Counted from the first letter of the stretch, positions 19,231 to 29,372 are shown. The stretch: 64,000 nt of DNA from Bacteroidota bacterium (GCA_016124275.1 WGOA01000030.1:4057-68056), one strand, 5' to 3'. The notes: generated by a model not told the origin, from the sequence alone. A program made the numbers and translations.

Positions 19231-21023
19231 TGGAATACCGCAACACCATATGGAGGTATATGTGGGTCTTGCTGATGTGCCTGCCCGCCACGGCGTCAGC
19301 GCAAAGCGACAAGTACTTTGTGGATGTAGCCATCAGCAATGCCAGCCCCTTGTTGACCGAGGAGGTTACGATCACGTACAAGCTCCGCTACAAAGGCAAC
19401 AGCATCAGCTTGATGAACCCGCGCTTTGATATTCAACCGCCGGAGTTCAGTCCGGGCTTTGTTGTGCAACGCCAAGGCAGGAACGGGGGAATGGATCTGG
19501 ATTTTTCAGGCAACATCACGGTGTTTGAGTATATTTATATATTAAAACCACAAAAAGCGGGCACCTTTACCATCGGCGCCGCGCAGATCAAATTTGACGG
19601 TGCGAGCTATGCATCAAAATCGCTAACGGTCAAGGTATTGCCGGCCGATGCCCCCCCGGACATTGCGCAAGCAGACAACATTTTCATCGATGCCAGTTTG
19701 ACCAAAACCAGTCCATTCAAAGGCGAAGAATTTGTGCTCACGTACAAACTCTATTCGCGCTACGAATTGCTGGGCATTGAGGAGCAGACGGCGCCGACTA
19801 TTGACGGTTTTTCGTCCAATTTGCTCAGCCGGGACCAACAGCCGCGGATTCGGGTTGAAAAAATAAACGGCCAGGACTACTACACGCTGGATTTATACCG
19901 CACTGAACTTTACCCGCTGCGAAGTGGGGAGTTTCGGATTGACCCCTTTCAAATGACGGTGGTGGCCAGCGTGCCCACCGGCCGGAAAATCCGCGATTTT
20001 TGGGGCAATCGCATGGAGGTGCGCCGCGAGTCGCTGAAGTTGAAGAGCCCGTCGGTGCGCGTCAATGTCCGCGATCTGCCAGGCAGCAACATCCCGTCGG
20101 ATTTCAATGGAGCAGTCGGCCAGTTCGACCTCAAAACCAGCCTGAGCGCAACCGAAACCACAACAGGCGAACCGCTCACCTTGCGCATCACGCTCTCCGG
20201 CCAGGGCAACCTAAAACTCATTGGCGATCCCAAGCTGGAGCTTCCCCCCGGATTTGAAGCTTACGATCCCAAAATCAGCAATGCTGCGGGAAGCAAAACG
20301 TACGAGTACTTGCTCATTCCTGGTAAGCCCGGCGAGTTTACCCTCAAGCCCTTCTCTTTTTCCTTTTTTGATCCAAAGGCGGAGCGCTATGTCAGCAAAA
20401 GCGGAGAATCGTACGTGATTCAGGTAGCTCAGGGCGATGGAACCACAGCAAGCTCCGGTGCACTGGCGGGTTTGTCCAAAGAAGAAGTGGAAAAGTTGGG
20501 TCAGGATATTCGCTACCTCGAGACGAGCACCCCGGCTTTTGCGAAGGCAGGCGTTCCATTATTGGGCAGCGTCTATTTTTACGCCGGATTGGCCGGCCCG
20601 CTGTTGCTGGGCTTTCCACTCTTTTTATTGGCCCGCAAACACCGGGTCAACCGCGCGGACATCAAAGGCCAACGCAATCGAAAAGCCCGCAAGGCAGCAG
20701 AGAAGCGCCTGCGTCATGCGCGCCAACTGGCCAGCAAAGGCGACCGCCGCGCATTTTACGATGAACTGGTTCGCGCCATCTGGGGCTACCTCGGCGACAA
20801 ATTTGGCATGGCGAAAAGCGAGTTGAACCGCGACCAGATCCAGCTCCGCCTGATGGAGCACGGCCTGGATACCAGCACCATCGATCGTTTGATCGCCCTG
20901 CTGGACCGGGCGGAAATGGCGCTCTATGCACCTGGGGCAGGAGGCTCGTTGGAGAGCGATTGCGAAGACGCCATCCGTTTGCTCGCGGGCATGGATGCCG
21001 GCATAACAAAAGAAATGTTGTGA
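19230..21023 (+). CDS. batD: BatD-type 'oxygen tolerance' protein
   Basis: Signal peptide, repeated beta-sandwich modules ('PLLTEEVTITYKLRY', 'SPFKGEEFVLTYKLY', 'TTGEPLTLRITLSGQGNL'), late TM helix and a basic/helical tail. This is the typical BatD layout and operon position. ATG 19230 overlaps the batC stop; the track start at 19224 is a TTG. Confidence 0.7.
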   Translation: MEYRNTIWRYMWVLLMCLPATASAQSDKYFVDVAISNASPLLTEEVTITYKLRYKGNSISLMNPRFDIQPPEFSPGFVVQRQGRNGGMDLDFSGNITVFEYIYILKPQKAGTFTIGAAQIKFDGASYASKSLTVKVLPADAPPDIAQADNIFIDASLTKTSPFKGEEFVLTYKLYSRYELLGIEEQTAPTIDGFSSNLLSRDQQPRIRVEKINGQDYYTLDLYRTELYPLRSGEFRIDPFQMTVVASVPTGRKIRDFWGNRMEVRRESLKLKSPSVRVNVRDLPGSNIPSDFNGAVGQFDLKTSLSATETTTGEPLTLRITLSGQGNLKLIGDPKLELPPGFEAYDPKISNAAGSKTYEYLLIPGKPGEFTLKPFSFSFFDPKAERYVSKSGESYVIQVAQGDGTTASSGALAGLSKEEVEKLGQDIRYLETSTPAFAKAGVPLLGSVYFYAGLAGPLLLGFPLFLLARKHRVNRADIKGQRNRKARKAAEKRLRHARQLASKGDRRAFYDELVRAIWGYLGDKFGMAKSELNRDQIQLRLMEHGLDTSTIDRLIALLDRAEMALYAPGAGGSLESDCEDAIRLLAGMDAGITKEML

Positions 21024-21859
21024 TGAGTAGCCATCCCCTTCCCCGGAAATTTGGCCCCACAGCATTTTCTATGCTTAAGGCCTTTGTTTGGGTGTTTTTT
21101 GTGCTTGGGGGAATCGCTTCCGAGCGCTGTGCAGCCGCTGACGCAGTTCCAGACCGCGACCAACTCAGCGCCCGCTTTGAAGAGGCGCGTTCGCTGTACG
21201 ATGGCGGTCAGTATGATTCCGCCGCCGCCATCTACGAAGGGTTCATTGAGCAAGGGTACCGGGATTTTGCGCTGCATTACAACCTCGGTAACGCTCACTT
21301 TAAGGCGGGAAACCTGGGACCTTGCATTTTGCATTACGAGCGCGCGCGGCTGTTGGCCCCCAAAGACCGCGATGTGTTGCACAATCTGGAAATGGCGTAC
21401 CTGCGCCAGGCAGATAAGCGCATGGAACCGCTTCCCCGGCACTTTTTTAACCGGACCTGGACGGGTTGGATCAGCTTGTTTTCGCAGACCACCTGGGCAT
21501 GGCTTACCCTGGGCATGGCCTGGACGGTGTTGGCGGGTTTTTTACTGATCTGGTGGAGCGCCCAACTTCTTTGGCGAAGAGTGGGACTCACGGTAGTATT
21601 CGCCGCCGTATTTGGGCTTTTGTTGGCCTTAAGCGGGGCTGTTGGTCGCCGCAGCTTTGACGCGCGGGAGCGTTACGCCATCATTATGGCGCCCAGCACC
21701 GTGCTTAAAAGCGCTCCTTCGGAGGAATCAACCGATCTTTACATATTGCGCGAAGGGTTTAAATTGAAGATAGCCAACCAGACTGCTGATTGGGTGGAAG
21801 TCATGTTGCCTGATGGCAATGTCGCCTGGGTGCAAGCCAACAGCATTGAGGCCATCTGA
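21023..21859 (+). CDS. batE: BatE-type protein (TPR + TM + C-terminal SH3b)
   Basis: TPR ('YNLGNAHFKAGNLGPCILHYERARLLAP'), TM helices, and an SH3_3-like C-terminus ('DWVEVMLPDGNVAWVQANSIE'). ATG 21023 overlaps the batD stop by 1 nt. Confidence 0.65.
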   Translation: MSSHPLPRKFGPTAFSMLKAFVWVFFVLGGIASERCAAADAVPDRDQLSARFEEARSLYDGGQYDSAAAIYEGFIEQGYRDFALHYNLGNAHFKAGNLGPCILHYERARLLAPKDRDVLHNLEMAYLRQADKRMEPLPRHFFNRTWTGWISLFSQTTWAWLTLGMAWTVLAGFLLIWWSAQLLWRRVGLTVVFAAVFGLLLALSGAVGRRSFDARERYAIIMAPSTVLKSAPSEESTDLYILREGFKLKIANQTADWVEVMLPDGNVAWVQANSIEAI

Positions 21860-21922
21860 ACCTGGGGTTCACTTCAGTCATTTGCGAAGCTCCTTTTTTA
21901 ATCCCGGTACCGCGCTTATCCA

Positions 21923-23062
21923 ATGAAGCAGTTTCTCCCCGCAGTAGGCCTGTTCGCCTTAGCCGCTATTTTGTTGGTCGTGGTTTATTTGCCTCGCTTT
22001 AGAACAGGCGCAGAGGAAGACCTTTTGCTGAATGATGCGGCTATTTTGTCTTTTGGCCAACAGTTGGAGCGCGCAGTACAAACGGATTCCAGCGATTGGC
22101 TCGCCAAGGTTACCGTTGGCCTGCCCCGGCAGGAAGTGCTGGCTATGCCGGGATCGGCCTTGCCCGATGCTGATGCCCGTCGGCAGCGCCGCATAGAAGG
22201 TTGGGTGTATTGGTCCTCGCTCTATCGCCAGTTTGGTCATTTTGATTTATTGCGTCAGTACCGCGATGAAGCCGGGCCTCATTTGGTTTACCGGGCGTTT
22301 GACGGAGAAAAACCGGTGTACACGGATTTGTTGCTGGGCCAGGAAGATGAGGACCTGATTTTGGTGGATTGGACCGAGCATCCGGGTTCGCTTAGCGAGC
22401 AGGAGCGCGCGGAAGCTTTTCAGGAATTGGCTGCAACGATAGGCACGGACGCCCTTCGCCAGACCATAGAGGTGCTGGTGGATGCGGTTTGGCAGGCTGA
22501 AGGTGGCCGTGCTGGAGAAGCGCTGCAAGCCATTCGGGCGTTGCCGGAGGCCTGTCGCGCAAATGCGCTGGTGGTTGGCGATGAACTGCGCATCATGGCT
22601 GATGTCGGCGATCCCGCTTTTCCTCAAGCCGTGCTTAGCAAGGGTGGGTTGCTGTCGCCGGCGGCAGTGGCGCACCTGGCATTCAGCTGGTCGCTGCGTG
22701 CGGGCGACGCAGAGGGCTTGATCCGCTCCACGCAAGACTTGCGCACCCAGTTCGGCGAGGACAGCCTGCTCATTTTGTTCGAAGGGCTTGCGGCGGAATG
22801 GGCAGGGGATTGCACGGGCGCAGAGCAGCGCTTTGAAGCAGTGTATCGCCAGTATCCGGCTAATCCCGTGCTGCCGGTTTATGCCTTGACCTGCATGGCA
22901 AAGCGCGACCCTGTTGTGGCGCTCGAGCGACTGATTGAAATTTTGCCCGGCACGGGTTTTAGCCTGGATGAACTGGACGAGTGGCTAGCTTTGGAAGTCC
23001 CCGCCTTGCACAGCAGCTTGGCTTATCGGAATTGGCGGGTGGGTGCACCGCAAACCTTTTAG
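21923..23062 (+). CDS. hypothetical membrane-anchored protein with a helical-repeat-like ectodomain
   Basis: A 379-aa ORF 63 nt after batE on the same strand. It has one N-terminal TM helix (AVGLFALAAILLVVVYL) and no motif I recognise. Confidence 0.5.
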   Translation: MKQFLPAVGLFALAAILLVVVYLPRFRTGAEEDLLLNDAAILSFGQQLERAVQTDSSDWLAKVTVGLPRQEVLAMPGSALPDADARRQRRIEGWVYWSSLYRQFGHFDLLRQYRDEAGPHLVYRAFDGEKPVYTDLLLGQEDEDLILVDWTEHPGSLSEQERAEAFQELAATIGTDALRQTIEVLVDAVWQAEGGRAGEALQAIRALPEACRANALVVGDELRIMADVGDPAFPQAVLSKGGLLSPAAVAHLAFSWSLRAGDAEGLIRSTQDLRTQFGEDSLLILFEGLAAEWAGDCTGAEQRFEAVYRQYPANPVLPVYALTCMAKRDPVVALERLIEILPGTGFSLDELDEWLALEVPALHSSLAYRNWRVGAPQTF

Positions 23063-23143
23063 GAGCGCTCCAAAGCTTGGTTGCAAAAGTGGACGGTAAG
23101 GAAGAAGCTTAACACAGCACTTGGGGCTCTTTAGCGTTGCCTG

Positions 23144-23710
23144 TTAATCAAACCCGCCGAATTTAAGATGCAGCCCGGCGAAAGGTGCGCTTAGGTTGGT
23201 GCCGCCAAACAAGTCTAGATCGTTGTCGCTGCCCACCACACGATAGCCCGCGGCCAATTCTATGCGCATGAAATCCGCGGCTGCGTACTGGATACCAACG
23301 TATGGGGAGACCAGGAAGATTCGGTCCGGGCCGCAGTTGCAATCTACTGTTGTGCTGATGCTGCCCACTCCGGCGAAGGAGTTTAGGGTTACCTGCAGCT
23401 TGTTGTCGGGGTTGACAAAGTATCCCAGCCATAGCCCGGCTTGGGCAAAGCGCAGCGGAAAGATCACGCTGTCTTGAATTTCAGGGTTGAACAATTTGCG
23501 TTCCACGTTGCCCAGCATGCTCATGCCATAAGCCCCGATGTAAAACTGGCGGTTTACCAGCAAGGCACCACCGACCCCAAGATTTGCCCGCCAGTCGCCA
23601 TCGAGTGGAGCGGCTTGGATGAGCGGTGCGCCAAAACCGTTCAGGCTGGTTTGAGCGTGTGAAAAAGAAGCGGCAAAAAGCAGCAGAAAAGCGAAACAAA
23701 AGTTTTTCAT
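23144..23710 (-). CDS. small putative outer-membrane beta-barrel protein
   Basis: Start at MKNFCFAFLLLFAASFSHAQ (ATG 23710, signal peptide). Alternating hydrophobic and Gly/aromatic-rich strands. No specific family recognised. Confidence 0.5.
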   Translation of the reverse strand: MKNFCFAFLLLFAASFSHAQTSLNGFGAPLIQAAPLDGDWRANLGVGGALLVNRQFYIGAYGMSMLGNVERKLFNPEIQDSVIFPLRFAQAGLWLGYFVNPDNKLQVTLNSFAGVGSISTTVDCNCGPDRIFLVSPYVGIQYAAADFMRIELAAGYRVVGSDNDLDLFGGTNLSAPFAGLHLKFGGFD

Positions 23711-23854
23711 GGGGACAGAATAATGCATCGAGGTTATCAGACTTAACACGAAATTAACCTAGGCAAAGTACATTGCCGGAAATTTACCGCTATGGCCAGC
23801 CCGACATCGCTGCATTTCACTGAACATGCCCGAAAATTGCCACGAGTACCCTTA

Positions 23855-25816
23855 ATGCCCGGCACAAAGTTTTGGAGCAAGGCGCTGTTGAGCCTGGCGT
23901 TCTGGCTCATCGCCGGGGCACACGCAACAGAGGCGCAAAACCAACTGGAGCCCTTCGCCCGGCAACAACCAGCCATGCGAAGCGCGGCAACCGCAGCCTT
24001 TGACCCCATTTTGGAACCTTTTTACCACGGCGTAGCCTCCGGCGATCCTCAGCCGGACGGCATCATTCTTTGGACGCGGGTTACCCCGGAAACCGATGTA
24101 CCTGTTGTGGTGTCTTGGGAACTTTCGCTGGACACGGCCTTCAGCAGCCTGGTGCAGTCGGGCTCTGTTACCACGGATTCCAGCGCGGATTATACGGTTA
24201 AACTGCCGCTGAGTGGTTTAAATGACGGAACTACGTATTATTATCGTTTCCGGGCATTGGGGCGTTTTTCCATCATTGGCCGCACGCGTACAGCCGACCA
24301 GAACGCCGACCAATTGCGCTTTGCCGTGGTGTCCTGCAACAATTATCCGGCGGGCTACTTCAATGCCTTTGGCCGCCTGGCCGAGCGCAATGACCTGGAC
24401 GCCATTGTGCACCTGGGCGATTTCATCTACGAATACGCAGAAGGAGAGTACGGGGATGGCGGCGATGAAGGGCGCCAAATGCTGGAGCCGGAGAACGAAA
24501 TTCTGACCCGCAGCGACTACCGCCAGCGCTATGCCTGGTACCGCTTGGACCCCGATTTGCGCAGAGCCATGCAGCAGCACCCCTTCATTTTTGTCTGGGA
24601 CGATCACGAATCCGCGAACGATTCCTGGACGGGAGGCGCGGAGAACCATGACCCGCTGCTGGAAGGCGATTGGGCCATTCGCCGCCGCGAAGCAGCAAAG
24701 GCCTACTTTGAATGGATTCCGATTCGCGATGATGCCGATTTTTCCATTTACCGTACTTTTTCATATGGTGATTTGGCCGAATGGCGCATGTTGGATACCC
24801 GTCTGGAAGGGCGTCAGGAACAGCTCACGGATCACACCGATCCCGCACTTTGGAATGCAGGCCGCACGCTGTTGGGCGAAGAACAATTCAACTGGTTTAC
24901 CAGCGGATTGAAAAGCTCTGCCGCGCAGTGGAAACTGGTGGGCAATCAGGTGGTGTTTGCGCCGCTGATTTTGGAAAACTTTGAATCCATTTACCCGGGT
25001 GTTCGCGATCAGTTTCTGGATGTCTGGATGGGCTACCCTGCCGAGCGCAACAAAATTTTAGATACGCTGCAACAACATAACATTGATAATGTTGTGTTTC
25101 TGACGGGTGATGTTCACATTGCTGTTGCCCTGGACGTACCGTTCTGGGACGGAGACAGCCTGTATTACAACCCCGAAACCGGCGAAGGTTCGCAGGCCGT
25201 TGAATTCGTGGGCACAAGCATTACCTCCGACAACTTTGATGAGATTGTCGGGGTGTTTCTGGCCAATTTGGTAGAGGAACTGTTTTTGGGCGAAAACCCA
25301 CAAGGGGTTTACAACGAATTTGACCAGCACGGCTACTTTGTCCTGGACCTAACGCCCACCCGGGCACAGGCGGACTACTATTACGTGGCCAGCATTCTGG
25401 AACCCAACAGCAGCGAGACGTTTGACGAAGGTTGGTACTCGCTCAGCGGCGAAAACCGCCTCCAAAAGGCTACGGCCCCCGCCCCCCCCAAGCCCATCCA
25501 AGAAGTTCCGGCACCGGACCCGACATTTGCTGTTGGTCTGACGCCCCCCCCAGCCGCACTGCAAATCTGGAAGGCCTGGCCCAACCCCGCCGCCGCAGGC
25601 CGCATCAACGTGGCCTTTACCCTAAACCGCCAAAGCCCCGTACAGGTGCGCTGGATCAATACGGGTACCGGCGTTGCCACCGACCTGTACCAAGCGGAGC
25701 TGGCCTCCGGCCATTACACGCTGCAGCTGAACCTACCCGCCGCCGCCGCGGGAAGCGCCGGGGTTCTGGAACTGAAGGCGCAGGAGGAGACCAGATCGCT
25801 CAAAGTGATGCGGTAA
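23855..25816 (+). CDS. phoD: PhoD-family alkaline phosphatase/phosphodiesterase with a T9SS C-terminal sorting domain
   Basis: 'GVASGDPQPDGIILWTRV', 'FAVVSCNNY', 'HLGDFIYEY', 'VWDDHESAND', 'LTGDVHIA'. The C-terminal ~80 aa ('WPNPAAAGRINVAFTL...GHYTLQL') are T9SS CTD-like. The start (ATG 23855, MPGTKFWSKALLSL) is chosen over 23792. Confidence 0.8.
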   Translation: MPGTKFWSKALLSLAFWLIAGAHATEAQNQLEPFARQQPAMRSAATAAFDPILEPFYHGVASGDPQPDGIILWTRVTPETDVPVVVSWELSLDTAFSSLVQSGSVTTDSSADYTVKLPLSGLNDGTTYYYRFRALGRFSIIGRTRTADQNADQLRFAVVSCNNYPAGYFNAFGRLAERNDLDAIVHLGDFIYEYAEGEYGDGGDEGRQMLEPENEILTRSDYRQRYAWYRLDPDLRRAMQQHPFIFVWDDHESANDSWTGGAENHDPLLEGDWAIRRREAAKAYFEWIPIRDDADFSIYRTFSYGDLAEWRMLDTRLEGRQEQLTDHTDPALWNAGRTLLGEEQFNWFTSGLKSSAAQWKLVGNQVVFAPLILENFESIYPGVRDQFLDVWMGYPAERNKILDTLQQHNIDNVVFLTGDVHIAVALDVPFWDGDSLYYNPETGEGSQAVEFVGTSITSDNFDEIVGVFLANLVEELFLGENPQGVYNEFDQHGYFVLDLTPTRAQADYYYVASILEPNSSETFDEGWYSLSGENRLQKATAPAPPKPIQEVPAPDPTFAVGLTPPPAALQIWKAWPNPAAAGRINVAFTLNRQSPVQVRWINTGTGVATDLYQAELASGHYTLQLNLPAAAAGSAGVLELKAQEETRSLKVMR

Positions 25817-25840
25817 TTCGCCCGAGATTGGTCCGAAAAG

Positions 25841-25885
25841 AAAACCGGCTGAACGCTCCGCGGGGAGTGCTCAGCCGGTTTTTTA
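25841..25885. terminator. bidirectional Rho-independent terminator between convergent phoD and glgP
   Basis: aaaaccggctga (25841-25852) pairs with tcagccggtttt (25871-25882). A-run on the left, T-run on the right. Confidence 0.65.
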
Positions 25886-25918
25886 ATGGGCAGCTTTAAG
25901 AAAGCCGCAACGGTTGTG

Positions 25919-27631
25919 TTACGCGGTAACCGCCTTGCCTTTTTTGGCAACCTTGGGACCACGGGCCTGCTTGTCCATGTCAAAGTCGTAGAGCAGTTCG
26001 TAGTATTCGGTGGCCATGCGGTCCGAGTCAAACTGCGGGCACACGTCGCGCATGCTGTTTTTGACAATTTCCAACCAGCGTCCGTTGCCGGAGTAGTAGG
26101 CGGGAATCAGTTCCTGTTCCAGGATGCGCATCATGTTGCCGTGGTCCAGATCATCCACTTGCGTGAGCTGCAGCTCGGTGTCGGCGGCGGGAATCAGGAA
26201 GCAGTTTTCGCCGTGGCGGGCAAATTCCGGAATCCATCCGTCGTCAATAGAAAAGTTTACGGCGCCGTTCATCGCAGCCGTCATGCCGCTGGTACCGGAA
26301 GCCTCGCGTGGACGGCGCGGCGTATTCAACCAGACATCGGCCCCTTCTTTCAGGAGTTTGGACAAGCCCATTTCGTAGCCGGTCAACACCGCGCAGTTTT
26401 TGCGCTTGTAGGTGTATTTCTGGATGTGGTTGAAGGTGCTGATGGCGCCTTCGTCGCTCGGGTACGGCTTGCCGGCCCAGATGATCTGGATGGGGCGATC
26501 CGTTTTGGACAGTAAGGTATTGAAGCGCGTCAGGTCGCGCATGATCAGGTCGGCGCGCTTGTAAGCGGCAAAGCGACGGGCCCATACAATGGTCAATACG
26601 TCGGGGTCAAAGATTTTGCCCGTCTGATCAGCCACGAACTCCATCAGCGCTTTTTTCATGATGCGCTTCTGGGCCAGCATGGCCTGGTCGTCGTTGTCCT
26701 GGAAGGCGCGGTCCAGCACCGGGTTGGCCCAGTACTTTTTGTTCTGCGCATTGGTGATGCCCAGGATCTCGCAGCTTTCGTGCACGTCTTTCCACATGTC
26801 GCGCGACACTTCGCCGTGCAATTGGCTCACGCCGTTGGCGCGTTTGGAGAAGGTCAGGCACGCGGGCGTGTAGCTCAGCGCTCCGCCGTGCTGTTGCGTC
26901 AGTTGGCGCACTTCGTCCAGCGGTACATCGCCGAAGAAGCCGAGGCGGTTGAGCAGGTGGAAATCGTGCTCGTCGTTGCCCGCCTTTTCCGGGGTATGCG
27001 TGGTGAACACCATACGGCGGCGCACCTCGTTGATGTCGCGGTATTTGCCGTACAGATGAAAGGCCAGGGGAAGGGCGTGGCCCTCATTGAGATGGTACAC
27101 GTCGGCGCCGCCCAACGCTTCAATCACCTTCGCCCCACCCATGCCCAGAATGATGTTCTGCACTACGCGGGTTTCGTGGTTGGCGTCGTAGAGGCGATCG
27201 GTAATGGAGCGACCCAGGTGGTCGTTTTCTTCAATGTTGGTAGTGAGCAGGTACATGGGCACCGTGCCGAAGACTTCCGGGCGCAGGTACAAGGCTTTGA
27301 CCAAAACCTGATGCTGGTTGATGTACACCGGAACCATAATGCCGGTTTCTTCCAGGAAGGGGTAGTACTTCTTGAGAAACTGCGGGCGCATGGTGCGGTC
27401 GTCGTTGCGCACCTGGTCGTAGTAGCCGAATTTCCAAAGCATGCCCACTCCGATCAGGTTTTGGCGGAGTTCATGGGCGCTGCGCATGTGCGAACCGGCC
27501 AAAAAACCGAGTCCGCCAGAGAAGATTTTAAGGGGCTGATGGATACCAAACTCCATGCAGAGGTAGGCCACGCGCTTTCCGAAACGCGGATCGGGCTCGT
27601 AGGGGTGGTTCCAGGTTGAGTAGGGCGTCAT
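25919..27631 (-). CDS. glgP: alpha-glucan (glycogen/maltodextrin) phosphorylase family protein, short GT35 form
   Basis: 'YLCMEFG', 'IFSGGLGFLAGSHMRSA', 'YHLNEGHA', 'FTTHTP', 'SQLHGEVS', 'EASGTSGMTAAMNG'. Note the Thr where the PLP lysine is expected (see finding). Confidence 0.85.
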   Translation of the reverse strand: MTPYSTWNHPYEPDPRFGKRVAYLCMEFGIHQPLKIFSGGLGFLAGSHMRSAHELRQNLIGVGMLWKFGYYDQVRNDDRTMRPQFLKKYYPFLEETGIMVPVYINQHQVLVKALYLRPEVFGTVPMYLLTTNIEENDHLGRSITDRLYDANHETRVVQNIILGMGGAKVIEALGGADVYHLNEGHALPLAFHLYGKYRDINEVRRRMVFTTHTPEKAGNDEHDFHLLNRLGFFGDVPLDEVRQLTQQHGGALSYTPACLTFSKRANGVSQLHGEVSRDMWKDVHESCEILGITNAQNKKYWANPVLDRAFQDNDDQAMLAQKRIMKKALMEFVADQTGKIFDPDVLTIVWARRFAAYKRADLIMRDLTRFNTLLSKTDRPIQIIWAGKPYPSDEGAISTFNHIQKYTYKRKNCAVLTGYEMGLSKLLKEGADVWLNTPRRPREASGTSGMTAAMNGAVNFSIDDGWIPEFARHGENCFLIPAADTELQLTQVDDLDHGNMMRILEQELIPAYYSGNGRWLEIVKNSMRDVCPQFDSDRMATEYYELLYDFDMDKQARGPKVAKKGKAVTA

Positions 27632-27862
27632 AAGGGCTTTTTAATGAATCACTTAGCGTACAGAGTACACTAAGTGCGCAAACAAGGGGCTAATATCGGG
27701 CAAATGAAGCAATGTTGCACCTTCGATAACTGACCTGCGGGGTTGTAGCGGCTAATTTTAGGTAGGTTTGAACCCGCTGATTCAGCCCAATCCTTTACGC
27801 ATTACATCGCGTCGCGGTTGCAGAAAATTACCCAAACCGCTGATATTCAGCACAAACGCCCC

Positions 27863-28690
27863 ATGACCCGCGTTTTTTTGGTGGGCACTGCCCGCGCCGG
27901 AACCACCCTTTTGCAGGGAATGCTGGGCAGTCACCCGTTGGTTTACACCCTTCCGGAGACCCATTTTCTGGACAAAAGCCTGCCCAAACAGCCTTGGTTG
28001 CGCATTTTTCGTGTTTTGGGCGAAGGGGATCGGCAGCGCGTAGCAGCCTTTCTGGCTACTTTACAGGCCTCGGAACTGGCCCGTTTGCTGCCCGAAGGCC
28101 GGATTTACGACAAACAGCGCTGGACACGCGCCTTGCTGGCCATTCTGGACGAGCTGGCCGCGCGCCAGCAAAAAACGCTGTGGCTGGAGAAGACCCCCCT
28201 TCACCTGTATTACACAGATCTGCTGCTTGCCACGGACCCGGCCATTCGCATAGTGCATTTGCTCCGCGATCCGGTGGATAACATAGCTTCGCTTGTGGAT
28301 GCCGGCCAAAAGCATGCGGAAGCATTTCGGCAAAACAGCCTGCAAAAGGCCACCGCCCGATGGGTCAAGGAGTACAAGATGCAAGCCGCTCTGGTTGGCC
28401 AGGCCGGGCACTATTTTGTGCGTTATGAGCGGCTTGTGGACAGCCCGGAAGCCGTGCTGAGAGGCGCATTGGCTTTTCTTGGACTTGACTGGAATCCAGC
28501 CGTTTTGGATTTCGGGCGAAGGGCCGCTGACATCACCACAGCTTCGGAAACCTGGAAAGACCGGAACAGTGCTGAACTGGCGCGCTCCGGCAAGGCCGAG
28601 CGAATACTATCCGAGCAGAACTGGCGTTGGATTATGGACCGCACCAAACAATATGGTATGGGTATCTTTGAGCAAACCTCCCCTTCATGA
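27863..28690 (+). CDS. sulfotransferase-family protein
   Basis: PAPS 5'-phosphosulfate loop 'FLVGTARAGTTLLQ', then 'HLLRDPVDNIASL' (3'-PB-like). Start set at MTRVFLVG (ATG 27863). Confidence 0.6.
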   Translation: MTRVFLVGTARAGTTLLQGMLGSHPLVYTLPETHFLDKSLPKQPWLRIFRVLGEGDRQRVAAFLATLQASELARLLPEGRIYDKQRWTRALLAILDELAARQQKTLWLEKTPLHLYYTDLLLATDPAIRIVHLLRDPVDNIASLVDAGQKHAEAFRQNSLQKATARWVKEYKMQAALVGQAGHYFVRYERLVDSPEAVLRGALAFLGLDWNPAVLDFGRRAADITTASETWKDRNSAELARSGKAERILSEQNWRWIMDRTKQYGMGIFEQTSPS

Positions 28691-29175
28691 AATTTATCAC
28701 CTCCATTCAAGTACGCTGGTCTGATCTGGACCAGAATCGGCATGTCGCCAATACCGCCTATTCGAGCTACATGATTGAAGCCCGCATGCATTTTCTGCGC
28801 CAGGGCGGTTTTGACAATCAGGCTTTTGCACAAATGGATCTTGGGCCGGCCATCATCTCCGAAGAATTCCATTACCTGCGCGAGACTTTTCCTGACGCCG
28901 TCCTGCGCGTTGATGTGGAACTGTCCGGTCTCTCCGAAGACGAGCGATTTGTCCGTTTCAACCACCACCTCTACCACCCCGACGGCGGCCTCGCCGTCTT
29001 CAGCCGCTGCACCTTCTGCTGGATTTCGCTGAGCACCCGAAAAGTTTGCCACGCCCCGTCGGAGCTTGCCGCCTGGATCCGCGGCCTGGTTCGGTCCGAA
29101 GACTTCCGCGTGCTGAGCAAGGCCGATGCTTTTCCAGTAGGGTTGCCACGGAAGAGGAAGTTGGAGGGGGTTTGA
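28687..29175 (+). CDS. hotdog-fold acyl-CoA thioesterase (4HBT/YbgC-like)
   Basis: 'IQVRWSDLDQNRHVANTAYSSYM' is the 4HBT-type catalytic Asp region. ATGA overlap with the sulfotransferase stop. Confidence 0.65.
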   Translation: MKFITSIQVRWSDLDQNRHVANTAYSSYMIEARMHFLRQGGFDNQAFAQMDLGPAIISEEFHYLRETFPDAVLRVDVELSGLSEDERFVRFNHHLYHPDGGLAVFSRCTFCWISLSTRKVCHAPSELAAWIRGLVRSEDFRVLSKADAFPVGLPRKRKLEGV

Positions 29176-29372
29176 TCGGCGCCATTGAGCGAACAGGCAT
29201 TTGTCTAGGGTAGCCTTGTTGATTCTGTGTAAAATATATCCACACGGGAGGATCTATTCTTTCCGGAAGAACCTTCAATCGACCGCGTATTCGTTTTTAG
29301 CCGTGTGGTAGCACAGTTGCGCCTGGCAAAGGGGCTCAGAAGCCGTCCTGCAATTTAAGTTAAGCTCCAAAA

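Noticed and set aside
26780-27619. 279-aa ORF antisense to glgP, and similar ORFs at 45926..46792 (mfd), 12026..13029 (LTD gene), 17300..18148 (batB) and 59955..60701 (TBDR)
   Set aside because: All lie within well-supported genes on the other strand and have the compositional signature of GC-rich shadow ORFs.
29240-29308. 8-bp inverted repeat CCACACGG ... CCGTGTGG downstream of the thioesterase gene, considered as a terminator or islet end
   Set aside because: The arms are 53 nt apart with no T-run and no matching partner at the other islet boundary. This is too weak to call.
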